Assembly: GCA_024684535.1 (NCBI GenBank)
Contig: JAIKWQ010000052.1
Coordinates: 1 to 56,566 of the forward strand
DNA: 56,566 nt
Direction of reading: 5' to 3'
Source: Eubacterium sp.
GTDB taxonomy: Bacteria > Bacillota > Clostridia > Lachnospirales > Lachnospiraceae
Part shown: positions 37,588-46,697 of the stretch, piece by piece
Layout: each line of letters begins with the position of its first letter
How positions within the stretch are numbered: position 1 is the first letter of the stretch
The notes under the pieces: generated by a model
Database searches by the model: none
Seen by the model: only the letters and a program-made list of their open reading frames with translations
Told to the model about the DNA's origin: nothing
Made by a program: the position numbers and the translations under genes

Positions 37588-39696
37588 TTATCTGAGTGAG
37601 AACAGGAGCTGTCCGTAGGTCGGATATGCAAGATACTCATCCGGAATGAGCGCCTCAGCCTCATCAGCATACTTACGAAGCTCTTCCATTTCTTTCAGTA
37701 CAGTCTGCTCATAGAACTCAGCCTGCTTCTGAACATCCTCGATCGCTTCAGCCTCTTCTGTTTTCTTCTGAAGGTCTTCGAGTTTCTCTGAAATATGTGT
37801 TGATGCCTCATCAAGTGTCTTCAGGATTTTTCCTTCAAGGCTTGCCTTTGCTCCGGGCAGTGCCTTTTCTTTCTGGATAATCTCCTTTGTGAGGTCCATC
37901 TCATAAGCGATGATACCTGATGTCAGATCTTTTCTGACCATCTCCTGCATTGTAAGCGCTTCGATATGGATTGATTTTGCGTAGTTCTCCAAAAGAATCT
38001 CATATCTGGACTCAAGCTCTTCCTTCGTAAATATCTGATGTGAAGTGAAAAGTTCAACTGACTTGTCACTGATCCACTCAGGCATAGCATCCGGAAGTGA
38101 TTTGAGGTTCGGAAGTCCTCTCTTTGCGGCTTCCTCAATCCATTCATCTGTGTAACCGTTTCCATCAAAGAGCACTCTCTTGTGTGCGATAAGTGTTGAT
38201 TTCAAAAGCTCTGTAAGCTTATCTGAAAGAGCATCTCCTGAAAGTCCCTCGAGTTCAGCAGTCATTTTTGAAAGAATCTCTGCAACTGCAGTGTTGAGCA
38301 CGATGTTTGCGTTTGCTACAGATACTGATGAGCCCGGCATTCTGAACTCGAACTTATTTCCTGTAAATGCAAACGGTGATGTACGGTTACGGTCTGTATT
38401 ATCCTTTGTAATGTGTGGCAGAACCTGCGCACCCATTTCCATCTTAACTTTTGCTCCACCTTTGAACGCTGTTCCCTGCTCGATACTGTCAAGCACTTTG
38501 GTAAGCTCATCACCGACGAAGATTGAGATTACGGCCGGCGGTGCCTCGTTAGCTCCGAGTCTGTGATCGTTTCCTGCAGATGCAACTGACAGACGAAGCT
38601 GCGGAGCATACTCATCAACAGCTGCGATAACCGCGATAAGTGTTACCAAAAACGGAATATTGTCTTCAGGATGTTTGCCCGGATCAAGAAGGTTGATTCC
38701 TGTATCTGTACAGATTGACCAGTTGTTATGCTTACCTGATCCGTTGATACCCTCGAAAGGTTTTTCGTGAAGGAGGCAGGAGAATCCGTGCTTGTCAGCA
38801 ACCTTTTTCATAACCTCCATAGTCAACTGGTTGTGATCTACTGCGACGTTCGCTGTTTCAAAAACAGGAGCCATCTCGTGCTGAGCCGGAGCAACCTCGT
38901 TGTGCTTTGTTTTCGCCGGGATTCCAAGCTTCCAAAGCTCCTCATCAAGGTCGTGCATAAATGCGGATACTTTCGGCTTGATAACTCCGAAGTAGTGATC
39001 CTCCATCTCCTGACCTTTTGTCGCCGGAGCACCGATAAGTGTTCTACCCGTAAACAGGAGATCCTTTCTCTGCATATAATCTTCTTTATCTATCAGGAAG
39101 TATTCCTGCTCTGATCCGATAGTGGTGTTTACTCTTGAAACATCCTTGTATCCAAGTGTGTGCATCAACTTCACAGCTTCTTTTGACAGAGCCTCCATAG
39201 ATCTGAGAAGCGGAGTTTTTTTGTCGAGTGCCTCTCCACCGTATGAGCAGAATGCTGTCGGTATATAGAGTGAACCGTCTTTTATAAATGCAGGTGATGA
39301 CGGATCCCAAGCTGTATATCCTCTGGCCTCAAATGTGGCTCTAAGTCCGCCTGACGGAAAACTTGAGGCATCCGGCTCTCCTTTCACAAGCTCTTTTCCC
39401 GAGAACTCCATGATCACCGTACCATCGCCCTCAGGAGAAATGAAGCTGTCGTGCTTCTCAGCTGTCAAGCCTGTCATCGGCTGGAACCAATGTGTATAGT
39501 GTGTAGCTCCGTTCTCGATAGCCCACTCCTTCATAGCAGCTGCAACCGAATTCGCTACATCAAGCTCCAAATGAGTTCCGCTCACAATTGTCTTGTGAAC
39601 TGCTTTGTAGACATCCTTCGGCAGACGCTCACGCATCACCTTGTCTCCAAAAACCAGACTTCCATACTCCTCGGGTAACCTCTTTGCTTCCATCAT
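37588..39696 (-). CDS. glnN: glutamine synthetase type III
   Basis: HWFQPMTG, GEPDASSFPSGGLRATFEARGYTAWD, EQEYF, HNEVAP, GSGKHNNWS and DRNRTSPFAFTGNKFEFR. Start at 39696 or 39708. Confidence 0.93.
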   Translation of the reverse strand: MMEAKRLPEEYGSLVFGDKVMRERLPKDVYKAVHKTIVSGTHLELDVANSVAAAMKEWAIENGATHYTHWFQPMTGLTAEKHDSFISPEGDGTVIMEFSGKELVKGEPDASSFPSGGLRATFEARGYTAWDPSSPAFIKDGSLYIPTAFCSYGGEALDKKTPLLRSMEALSKEAVKLMHTLGYKDVSRVNTTIGSEQEYFLIDKEDYMQRKDLLFTGRTLIGAPATKGQEMEDHYFGVIKPKVSAFMHDLDEELWKLGIPAKTKHNEVAPAQHEMAPVFETANVAVDHNQLTMEVMKKVADKHGFSCLLHEKPFEGINGSGKHNNWSICTDTGINLLDPGKHPEDNIPFLVTLIAVIAAVDEYAPQLRLSVASAGNDHRLGANEAPPAVISIFVGDELTKVLDSIEQGTAFKGGAKVKMEMGAQVLPHITKDNTDRNRTSPFAFTGNKFEFRMPGSSVSVANANIVLNTAVAEILSKMTAELEGLSGDALSDKLTELLKSTLIAHKRVLFDGNGYTDEWIEEAAKRGLPNLKSLPDAMPEWISDKSVELFTSHQIFTKEELESRYEILLENYAKSIHIEALTMQEMVRKDLTSGIIAYEMDLTKEIIQKEKALPGAKASLEGKILKTLDEASTHISEKLEDLQKKTEEAEAIEDVQKQAEFYEQTVLKEMEELRKYADEAEALIPDEYLAYPTYGQLLFSLR

Positions 39697-39744
39697 AATA
39701 CTCACCATTCCTTTCTGTTTTCAATTTTGCTTTTATATATATTT

Positions 39745-41343
39745 TTACACCCCTGACGCACCGTAGTTTGAAAGAACCCTCGCCGACGGATCATCAACAT
39801 TGCATCCTGCCCATTCTTTGTTAGGCATCCAGAAATCCGTAACCATCTGTGACTGACCGGCGTAGTATTTTTCAAAAATGTCCCGATACAAAAGTGACTC
39901 TTTTGTAAACGGTTTCGAGTGCGTGTACTTTTCTATACCCTTGCTGTACTCTTCATCCGAATAAGTCTCTTCAGCAAGTTCAATCAGGTCGTCTCTCAAA
40001 CTGTGTCCGACCGCATCCGAGAACGCTGCCTTCTCTCTCATAAGAATATCTCTCGGTATCAGCTCATCTTCCTCGAAAGCGTGACGCAGGAGATATTTTC
40101 CTATACCGTAGGAGTTTAACTTCTTCTCAGGATCTATAGCCATTACATAATCAACGAAATCCAAATCTCCGAACGGAACTCTTGCTTCCAGCGAATTCAC
40201 ACTGATACATCTGTCTGCACGAAGCACATCGTACATATGAATTTCACGAATTCTTTTTTGTGACTCCTTCTGGAATTCCTCTGCGCTCGGAGCGAAATCA
40301 GTGTATTTGTAACCGAAAAGCTCATCTGAAATCTCACCGCTTAGGATTACTCTGACATCTGTGTTTTCGCGAATCCATTTGCACAGCAGATACATACCGA
40401 TTGACGCTCTGATTGTCGTTATATCGTATGTTCCAAGCGCCTTTACAACCGGATCAAGCGCATCCAAAACATCTCTTTTTGAAATTATCACCTCGTGGTG
40501 ATTTGAACCTATATACTCGGCAACCTGTCTGGCGTACTTTAAATCTATCGCATCTATATCCATTCCGATTGCAAAGGTTTCTATCGGCTTATCCGAAAGC
40601 TTCGCAGCCACCCCGCAAACCAGTGATGAATCAAGACCGCCCGAAAGCAAAAATCCTATCGGCTGATCCGCGCTGAGACGTTTTTTTATTCCATCAGACA
40701 GGCGGTCGTGGATACCTTTGCAGATGGTATCGATATCCGAGGAATCAAGTTTATCTGTGGCATAGACACCCCCTTTGGTCATATCTCGATAACAGATAAA
40801 CTCTCCATCTTTATAAAAATGTCCCGGCGGAAACGGCCTTATCTCCTCGCAAACAGTAACAAGGTTTTTCGGCTCGGACGCAAACACGATGCATCCTTTT
40901 TCATCATATCCGTAGTACAACGGACGAATTCCGATAGGATCTCGGGCGGCTATAAAATCATTTTTCTGAGCATCATATATCACACACGCGAACTCGGCGT
41001 CCAAAAAGTCAAACATCGCGGTACCGAGTTTCTCATATAAAGGAAGCAGGATCTCACAATCGCTCTCACTGTGGAATTTGTATCCGAGAGAGACAAGATA
41101 ATCCTTCAGTTTTTCAAATCCATAGAGCTCACCGTTGCAGACAACCGCATTTCCTCTATAGAAAAATGGCTGCATCCCCGTCGGCTCGGGTCCCATGATC
41201 GCCAGTCGGTTAAATCCCATCCAACCTGCTTCAACTTGAACCACATCGCTCATATCCGGACCGCGAGACTGCGTTGTTCCAAGCATTTTTTCGAAGAATT
41301 CCCGACTGATATCCGGTCTTGCATAAGTTAATATTGCACACAT
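39745..41343 (-). CDS. asnB: asparagine synthase (glutamine-hydrolysing)
   Basis: MC start (Ntn Cys2), RGPD, CNGELY, LSGGLDSS, SGEISDE and EARVPF; GGAGG RBS. Confidence 0.93.
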   Translation of the reverse strand: MCAILTYARPDISREFFEKMLGTTQSRGPDMSDVVQVEAGWMGFNRLAIMGPEPTGMQPFFYRGNAVVCNGELYGFEKLKDYLVSLGYKFHSESDCEILLPLYEKLGTAMFDFLDAEFACVIYDAQKNDFIAARDPIGIRPLYYGYDEKGCIVFASEPKNLVTVCEEIRPFPPGHFYKDGEFICYRDMTKGGVYATDKLDSSDIDTICKGIHDRLSDGIKKRLSADQPIGFLLSGGLDSSLVCGVAAKLSDKPIETFAIGMDIDAIDLKYARQVAEYIGSNHHEVIISKRDVLDALDPVVKALGTYDITTIRASIGMYLLCKWIRENTDVRVILSGEISDELFGYKYTDFAPSAEEFQKESQKRIREIHMYDVLRADRCISVNSLEARVPFGDLDFVDYVMAIDPEKKLNSYGIGKYLLRHAFEEDELIPRDILMREKAAFSDAVGHSLRDDLIELAEETYSDEEYSKGIEKYTHSKPFTKESLLYRDIFEKYYAGQSQMVTDFWMPNKEWAGCNVDDPSARVLSNYGASGV

Positions 41344-41364
41344 TATTTTGCCACCTCCACAAGC

Positions 41365-41413
41365 AAAAAAAGACAAAGACGACCCAGAGTTTCCTCTGAG
41401 ACGTCTTTGCCTC
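41365..41413 (-). terminator. leader attenuator: ANTAR-type hairpin overlapping an intrinsic terminator
   Basis: GAGGC-AAAGAC-GTCTC competes with GCAAAGACGTCTCAGAG-GAAA-CTCTGGGTCGTCTTTGT, which is followed by CTTTTTTT. Confidence 0.8.
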
Positions 41414-41423
41414 ATCGAGTTGC

Positions 41424-41452
41424 ATATTATCATATATTCAAGTAGTTGTCAA
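41424..41452 (-). promoter_or_regulatory. sigma70 promoter of the asnB-glnN-glt operon
   Basis: TTGACA, 17 bp, TG-a-TAATAT. Confidence 0.75.
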
Positions 41453-41459
41453 TACATTT

Positions 41460-42242
41460 TTATTTTTTATTGAAAAATTTTTCGAGCTTGTCGAGAAGTC
41501 CGTCTTTGTCTATGGTCTTCAAAAGATAATCAGCCGGCTCCAAACCTACGACAGAAAGCACGCTTTCCACATCGCCGTGACTGGTCAAAAACATAACCGG
41601 GATGTGACCGGTGTCTGTATCATTTCTGAGCATAGAGAGCACCTGAGGACCGTTTGCGATAGGCATTTCGTAGTCAAGCAACACGAGATCCGCCTTGCTT
41701 TTTGTCAGCTGACTGATCGCCTGCACACCGTTGTTGGCCATTCTCACATGGTATTTTTCACTCAGCCACTCACGCACTGTCCACATATATGTGAGGTCAT
41801 CATCGACTATCAGAATCTCTTTTTTGCGGTTTTCACCGGTGTTGTTCTCGAGATACGTGTTGACATTTTTCAGGAGAAGGTCGATGTCAAGCGGTCTCAT
41901 ATAACACTCGAGTATGTTGTGCTCGGGGATTATTTTTTTGACAACATTGTACTGGTCAAGCTCGCCAATCAGAATCAGTCCTGTTTCCCTGTCGCTCACG
42001 ATATCCTTCAGATACACAAGCGTCTCTGTGTTTTCTTCGATTCCGTCGCTCATATAGAGAATCATCAGCATGATATCATCGATTTGATCTTCTATATCTT
42101 TTATATTTGCGTGCAAAAATACAGTGTCTATGTCGTTACTTTCGAACTTCGAAATCAGACTTTTCGCCAGGAAACTGTCTGCCGCGCTGATGATTGCAAC
42201 CTTGTTTTGCACGATTTCCTGCTCCATGTTTTCTTCTGCCAT
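41460..42242 (-). CDS. response regulator (degenerate receiver plus receiver, no output domain)
   Basis: C-terminal IVDDD, LLDYEMP and DYLLK; the N-half has a receiver-like pattern without the acidic pocket. Confidence 0.8.
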   Translation of the reverse strand: MAEENMEQEIVQNKVAIISAADSFLAKSLISKFESNDIDTVFLHANIKDIEDQIDDIMLMILYMSDGIEENTETLVYLKDIVSDRETGLILIGELDQYNVVKKIIPEHNILECYMRPLDIDLLLKNVNTYLENNTGENRKKEILIVDDDLTYMWTVREWLSEKYHVRMANNGVQAISQLTKSKADLVLLDYEMPIANGPQVLSMLRNDTDTGHIPVMFLTSHGDVESVLSVVGLEPADYLLKTIDKDGLLDKLEKFFNKK

Positions 42243-45067
42243 TAGTTATTCCTCTCTTTCTCAAGCGCCTGTTTCGCCAGATTTTTGATTCCATCCCAGT
42301 CCATCTCAAGACACAAACTCTTTATGGTTTTGTATGTCTCCGCATCCTCTTTCGGAAGTTTGTACTGACCTAAATCATCGAGAATTCCTTCCATCAGATC
42401 AAAATCCATGCTATCTGAAATCTCAATTACGGTCTGATAAGCTTCTCGCAGCGAAGCATCGGATATCTCTTTTTTCTTTTCATCTTCCGAATCAAACGCG
42501 CTGAGTTTGCCGGTGATTGTTCTGTATAGCGCCAGCAACTCTCCGGTGTTTTCTTCTATATAAATGATATCATTTGCCTTGCCGGCTTCCTCGAGCAGTC
42601 TTGCTTTTTCTGACAAATCCATCGCCCCTATCACTCTCGCAGAGCTTTTGAGCGCGTGAACTTTGATCGTGAAATTCTCTATATCTTTTTCATCATAATA
42701 CTTTTCCAGTTCATCAGCTTTCGCTTCCGCTGTCCGATAGAAGACATTTAATATAGATAAAAACTCTTCTTTTCCTCCGCCGTTTTTTATTCCTGCATCC
42801 AAATCAATTTCTTCTATATCAGATATCCAACCCGGAATAGTAATCGTCGGTTTAGCTTCCAATACTTCCTCTGATGCACTGACTTTATCGATTTTATTTA
42901 TCTTGTTATCCGACAGCATTCCGGCAAGTAATTTTTCCATTTTTATACCGTCAACCGGTTTCGATAAAAATGCATCGAACCCTGCATCCAAATACATCTT
43001 TTTTGCACCTGAAATCGCATTGGCTGTAAGCGCAACCATCGGAGTTTCCGTATTTGCTCCATCCTTTTTGATATGCTGCAGAGTTTCTATACCGTCCATA
43101 TCAGGCATCATATGATCGACAAAAATAACATCATATTTAATCTCGTCAGCAAGCTCGATCGCAGCCTTTCCGGAGAGCGCGGTATCGATTTGTATTTCAG
43201 TTCTTTTTAACAGGTTTTCAACCACTGCCAGATTGGTGTCATTGTCATCGACAACAAGAATTTTTGCTTCGGGCGCGTGGAAAAATTCGTGGTATTCAGT
43301 AACTGTTCTTTCGCTTAACCTGGTTCCTATATCACCGAGCTCGTCCCATTTTTCCACTTTTTGCTTAATCGCAAACGAAAACTCGGAACCGCTTCCGTAC
43401 TCGCTTTTTACCTCAAGTTTACTGTCCATCATATCGAGAAGTTTGTGCGTGATACTCATACCAAGCCCTGTTCCCTCGATAGAACGGTTTCTCTTTTCCT
43501 CGATTCTGGTAAACGGCGAGAATAGTTTGTCTATATCCTCTTCTTTCATTCCGATGCCGGTATCTGCAACCGCAAAGGAAAGCATAATCTCGTCCGGAGC
43601 ATTTTTCTCATAACCGACAGATAACGTCACAGAACCCTCTTTGGTGTACTTCACGGCATTTGTCAGGAGGTTTATTACGCACTGGCGGATGCGTATCTCA
43701 TCTCCGAACAGAAGATGCGGGATGTGCTCATCAACCTCGATTTTGAACTCGAGTTCTTTTTTCTCAGCCCTTGCGCGAACCATATTCGCCAGATCGCTGA
43801 TAAGCGACGCAAGGTCGTATGTCACAGGTATGATTTCCATCCTGCCTTCTTCTATTTTTGAAAAATCCAGGATGTCATTAATTAACGACAGAAGTGTCTT
43901 GCCGGCTGACTGTATATCCGCAGCATACACTCTGGTCTGCTCTTCCTTGCTCTCGCGCAGGATCATTTCGTCCATACCGAGAACGGCATTTATCGGAGTT
44001 CTGATCTCGTGAGACATATTCGCCAAAAATGACGACTTCGCACGGTTTGCTTCCTCAGCTAAGGTTGTCTGCTCCTCCAGAGCCTCCATATATCTGTAGT
44101 GCTCCGTCTCATCAGCAAGCATATACAGCACGCCTACAGGTTCGTCCTCGTATAGCAGGTCATTTTTTTCGGGCGTGTAGATGTGTCCGCCGCGAACTAT
44201 ATTTTCATCGAACTCAATCGCTCGGGTAACCTGCTTCAAAACATCTTCAGGTTTCTCGGTAAGCTCCGGAAAAATCTGTTTGGCTGGCGTGTTGAAATAC
44301 TGGATCTTTCCCGAATCATCCACAGCCAGTATTCCTTCGGAAAGCTTCTCTATCAGATAGTCTCTGGCAAGCTCCGACGTGCCGAGAAGGTTGTATCTGA
44401 AGATTGCTATAAGCATAAATATTATGCCGAATAAATATCCAAAAACAGTGACGTCGATGACATTTTTCAGTCCCCTGATACCAATCAATTCAGCTATGAA
44501 AAATGCGGATTCTGTAATGATAGCCGCCTTCACTATAAAAAGTCTTTTTTTCGTTGATTTGTGTTTTTCTTTCACTATTCGGACGATAAGCATCGTTATT
44601 CCGATAGCGATATAGACTATCTGAAGCGCCATAAACAGGTGATATATGATTCCGTTTTCGTGAACAAGTCTCGGAAACATATCACCGATGATAAAGTCAT
44701 ATTTACTGTAGTATAACGTATGATGTTCAAATGTTAATACTGATATATACGTGCCAATATGAACCAGCGCAAGTATATTTTTAATAATTGACGGAATACG
44801 GAATCTGCATATCTCCGCCACAAATAAAAACAGGAAAAATGAGTTCCACACGCGGCCCAAATACGAGAGTTTCAGCGCGATGATATATCCGTCTCTGGTG
44901 TGAGAGGTCAACTCAAACAGGTAACCGAAGTTGTTCAAAAGACATGCGATACAATTCAAAAAAAGGTACGCGTGCAGACGGCCTTTCCAGTTTTTAAATA
45001 CTATCCAACCTTCTATGAAAAAACCGATGATGCCTATGTATTGAACTATAAGTAGTATGTCACGCAT
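42242..45067 (-). CDS. hybrid histidine kinase (7TM, PAS-like, HisKA, HATPase, REC, Hpt)
   Basis: ANMSHEIRTP, NLLTNAVKYT, GTGLG, FVDHMMP and Hpt VHALKSSA. Confidence 0.92.
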   Translation of the reverse strand: MRDILLIVQYIGIIGFFIEGWIVFKNWKGRLHAYLFLNCIACLLNNFGYLFELTSHTRDGYIIALKLSYLGRVWNSFFLFLFVAEICRFRIPSIIKNILALVHIGTYISVLTFEHHTLYYSKYDFIIGDMFPRLVHENGIIYHLFMALQIVYIAIGITMLIVRIVKEKHKSTKKRLFIVKAAIITESAFFIAELIGIRGLKNVIDVTVFGYLFGIIFMLIAIFRYNLLGTSELARDYLIEKLSEGILAVDDSGKIQYFNTPAKQIFPELTEKPEDVLKQVTRAIEFDENIVRGGHIYTPEKNDLLYEDEPVGVLYMLADETEHYRYMEALEEQTTLAEEANRAKSSFLANMSHEIRTPINAVLGMDEMILRESKEEQTRVYAADIQSAGKTLLSLINDILDFSKIEEGRMEIIPVTYDLASLISDLANMVRARAEKKELEFKIEVDEHIPHLLFGDEIRIRQCVINLLTNAVKYTKEGSVTLSVGYEKNAPDEIMLSFAVADTGIGMKEEDIDKLFSPFTRIEEKRNRSIEGTGLGMSITHKLLDMMDSKLEVKSEYGSGSEFSFAIKQKVEKWDELGDIGTRLSERTVTEYHEFFHAPEAKILVVDDNDTNLAVVENLLKRTEIQIDTALSGKAAIELADEIKYDVIFVDHMMPDMDGIETLQHIKKDGANTETPMVALTANAISGAKKMYLDAGFDAFLSKPVDGIKMEKLLAGMLSDNKINKIDKVSASEEVLEAKPTITIPGWISDIEEIDLDAGIKNGGGKEEFLSILNVFYRTAEAKADELEKYYDEKDIENFTIKVHALKSSARVIGAMDLSEKARLLEEAGKANDIIYIEENTGELLALYRTITGKLSAFDSEDEKKKEISDASLREAYQTVIEISDSMDFDLMEGILDDLGQYKLPKEDAETYKTIKSLCLEMDWDGIKNLAKQALEKERNN

Positions 45068-46487
45068 TTGCTGTTACCTCAAGTATTTTTGAAAGGAAAT
45101 AAATCACGCCGCATTCATCTTCCTGCCAGAGTCTCTGGTTTTGTTTGTCGGGACAGATAATATATCTTTTTTGCGTGCCGGACGCAGCTATCTCTGCTAT
45201 CAAAACTGCTTTTATATCAAGTTCATAAAGCGATTCGTACAAAACCGGCGCCTCACTCCTGATCCTGTCAAGACTGCTGTCAGCATAAAGCCCATCCTTA
45301 ACTATCTGTTCGATTCCGTCTGCGCTGCCGTAGCATTTTTCAAAATCCGAAATCCTTCCGTCAGCATCCGTGAAGTAGATTTCCGAAAGCATCAATTCCT
45401 TTTCGAGGACCGGCATAGCACACTCAAGCGCCTCGGATAGTGTCTTTGCGGTATTAACTCTGTTTTCCAGATCACGCATACAGGAGAACACACCTTTTTT
45501 CGCCATCGACCTAACTTCAAGGTCTTTGTGCTCTGCCTCGTTGTAAACGGTATAGCAGTTTCTGCCGGCAGTTTTTCCTTTGTAAAGAGTCTTGTCTATG
45601 GCTAGAAACAGGTCATCGTAGTTTGCCGCATCATCCGGATAAGTCGCGCAACCCGACGTTCCTGTAACAAAAATGCTTCTTCCCTCCGAAATTATATTTC
45701 TTCTGAGAGCCTTGTGTCCCTCGTATAAATCCTTGAAAAATTCTTCTTTCTGAACCGGAGTTATATCACGGAGGTTGACGAGCAACAGCTCATCTCCGCC
45801 AAATCTCCCCGCAATTCCGAACCCTCTGATTGACTCCGCCAAAGCTTTCGAAACCTCCATCAAAACCACATCACCGGTCTGATGCCCGTAGGTGTCATTG
45901 ATATCTTTGAAGTTATCAAGATCTATAATTGCAAATGTAAACTGCGTCCTCGACGCTATCAACGATTTCGCAAAATCAAATATATACGCTCTGGATATGA
46001 TTCCCGTCAGCGGATCGAGTATCTGATCGAGCCCAACCTCGTCGATCAAACTGTCAAAATACGGTATCTCGCGAAGCTGAGCGATGCTGTACATAACCTG
46101 AGAATTTTTCAGTTCCTTGTTGCGCCTCATAACCTCAGTCACGTCAGCAAAGCTTCCCACCAGTCCAACTATCTCACCGCCCTTGTAAATCGGACGCTTC
46201 GTCGCGATGATATCGCGTTCCTCTCCGTCCACGAAACACTTCCCCTGAACCTTGTAGGTCGCGTGGCCCTCGAGAACACGGAGTTCATCGCGCATAAAAG
46301 GCACGGGATCGCTGTGCCACCCCATGTCTTCGTCTGTTTTTCCTATAAGAACATCTGTTGACTTAAACCCGTAGAAGTCCAAAAATGCCTGGTTCGCACC
46401 GACGAAGCGACGATTTTTATCCTTCCAGAATATACAATCCTGCGCCGCATCGATGATATTATCAAACATCGTGGTATCAAGTTTCAT
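45060..46487 (-). CDS. PAS-GGDEF diguanylate cyclase-like protein
   Basis: IFWKD PAS, DLDNFKDINDTYGH..GD and RFGGDEL. Confidence 0.88.
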   Translation of the reverse strand: MKLDTTMFDNIIDAAQDCIFWKDKNRRFVGANQAFLDFYGFKSTDVLIGKTDEDMGWHSDPVPFMRDELRVLEGHATYKVQGKCFVDGEERDIIATKRPIYKGGEIVGLVGSFADVTEVMRRNKELKNSQVMYSIAQLREIPYFDSLIDEVGLDQILDPLTGIISRAYIFDFAKSLIASRTQFTFAIIDLDNFKDINDTYGHQTGDVVLMEVSKALAESIRGFGIAGRFGGDELLLVNLRDITPVQKEEFFKDLYEGHKALRRNIISEGRSIFVTGTSGCATYPDDAANYDDLFLAIDKTLYKGKTAGRNCYTVYNEAEHKDLEVRSMAKKGVFSCMRDLENRVNTAKTLSEALECAMPVLEKELMLSEIYFTDADGRISDFEKCYGSADGIEQIVKDGLYADSSLDRIRSEAPVLYESLYELDIKAVLIAEIAASGTQKRYIICPDKQNQRLWQEDECGVIYFLSKILEVTANA

Positions 46488-46529
46488 AGCATCTCATCCT
46501 TTCCCGGGCAAACAATCAGTAACGGGTTA

Positions 46530-46558
46530 ATTATACCATGTCGTCGGAAAAATGTCAC
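46530..46558 (-). promoter_or_regulatory. promoter of the GGDEF-kinase-regulator operon
   Basis: GTGACA, 17 bp, TG-g-TATAAT. Confidence 0.6.
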
Positions 46559-46586
46559 GACAAAAAAATGTGCGCGCGGAGCATTT

Positions 46587-46640
46587 TTCACAGATTATTC
46601 ACATTCTGTTCAAATTCTGTCCATTTTTATAAGCTATCAT
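46587..46640 (+). promoter_or_regulatory. four direct repeats at 11-bp period upstream of a TATCAT -10 box
   Basis: TTCACA 46587, TTCACA 46598, TTCAAA 46609, TCCATT 46620; TATCAT at 46635-46640. Confidence 0.6.
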
Positions 46641-46697
46641 CTGAGTATAGTCGACGACGAAAGTAACTGTTTAAATTTGTTTGAAAGGATGATTAAT

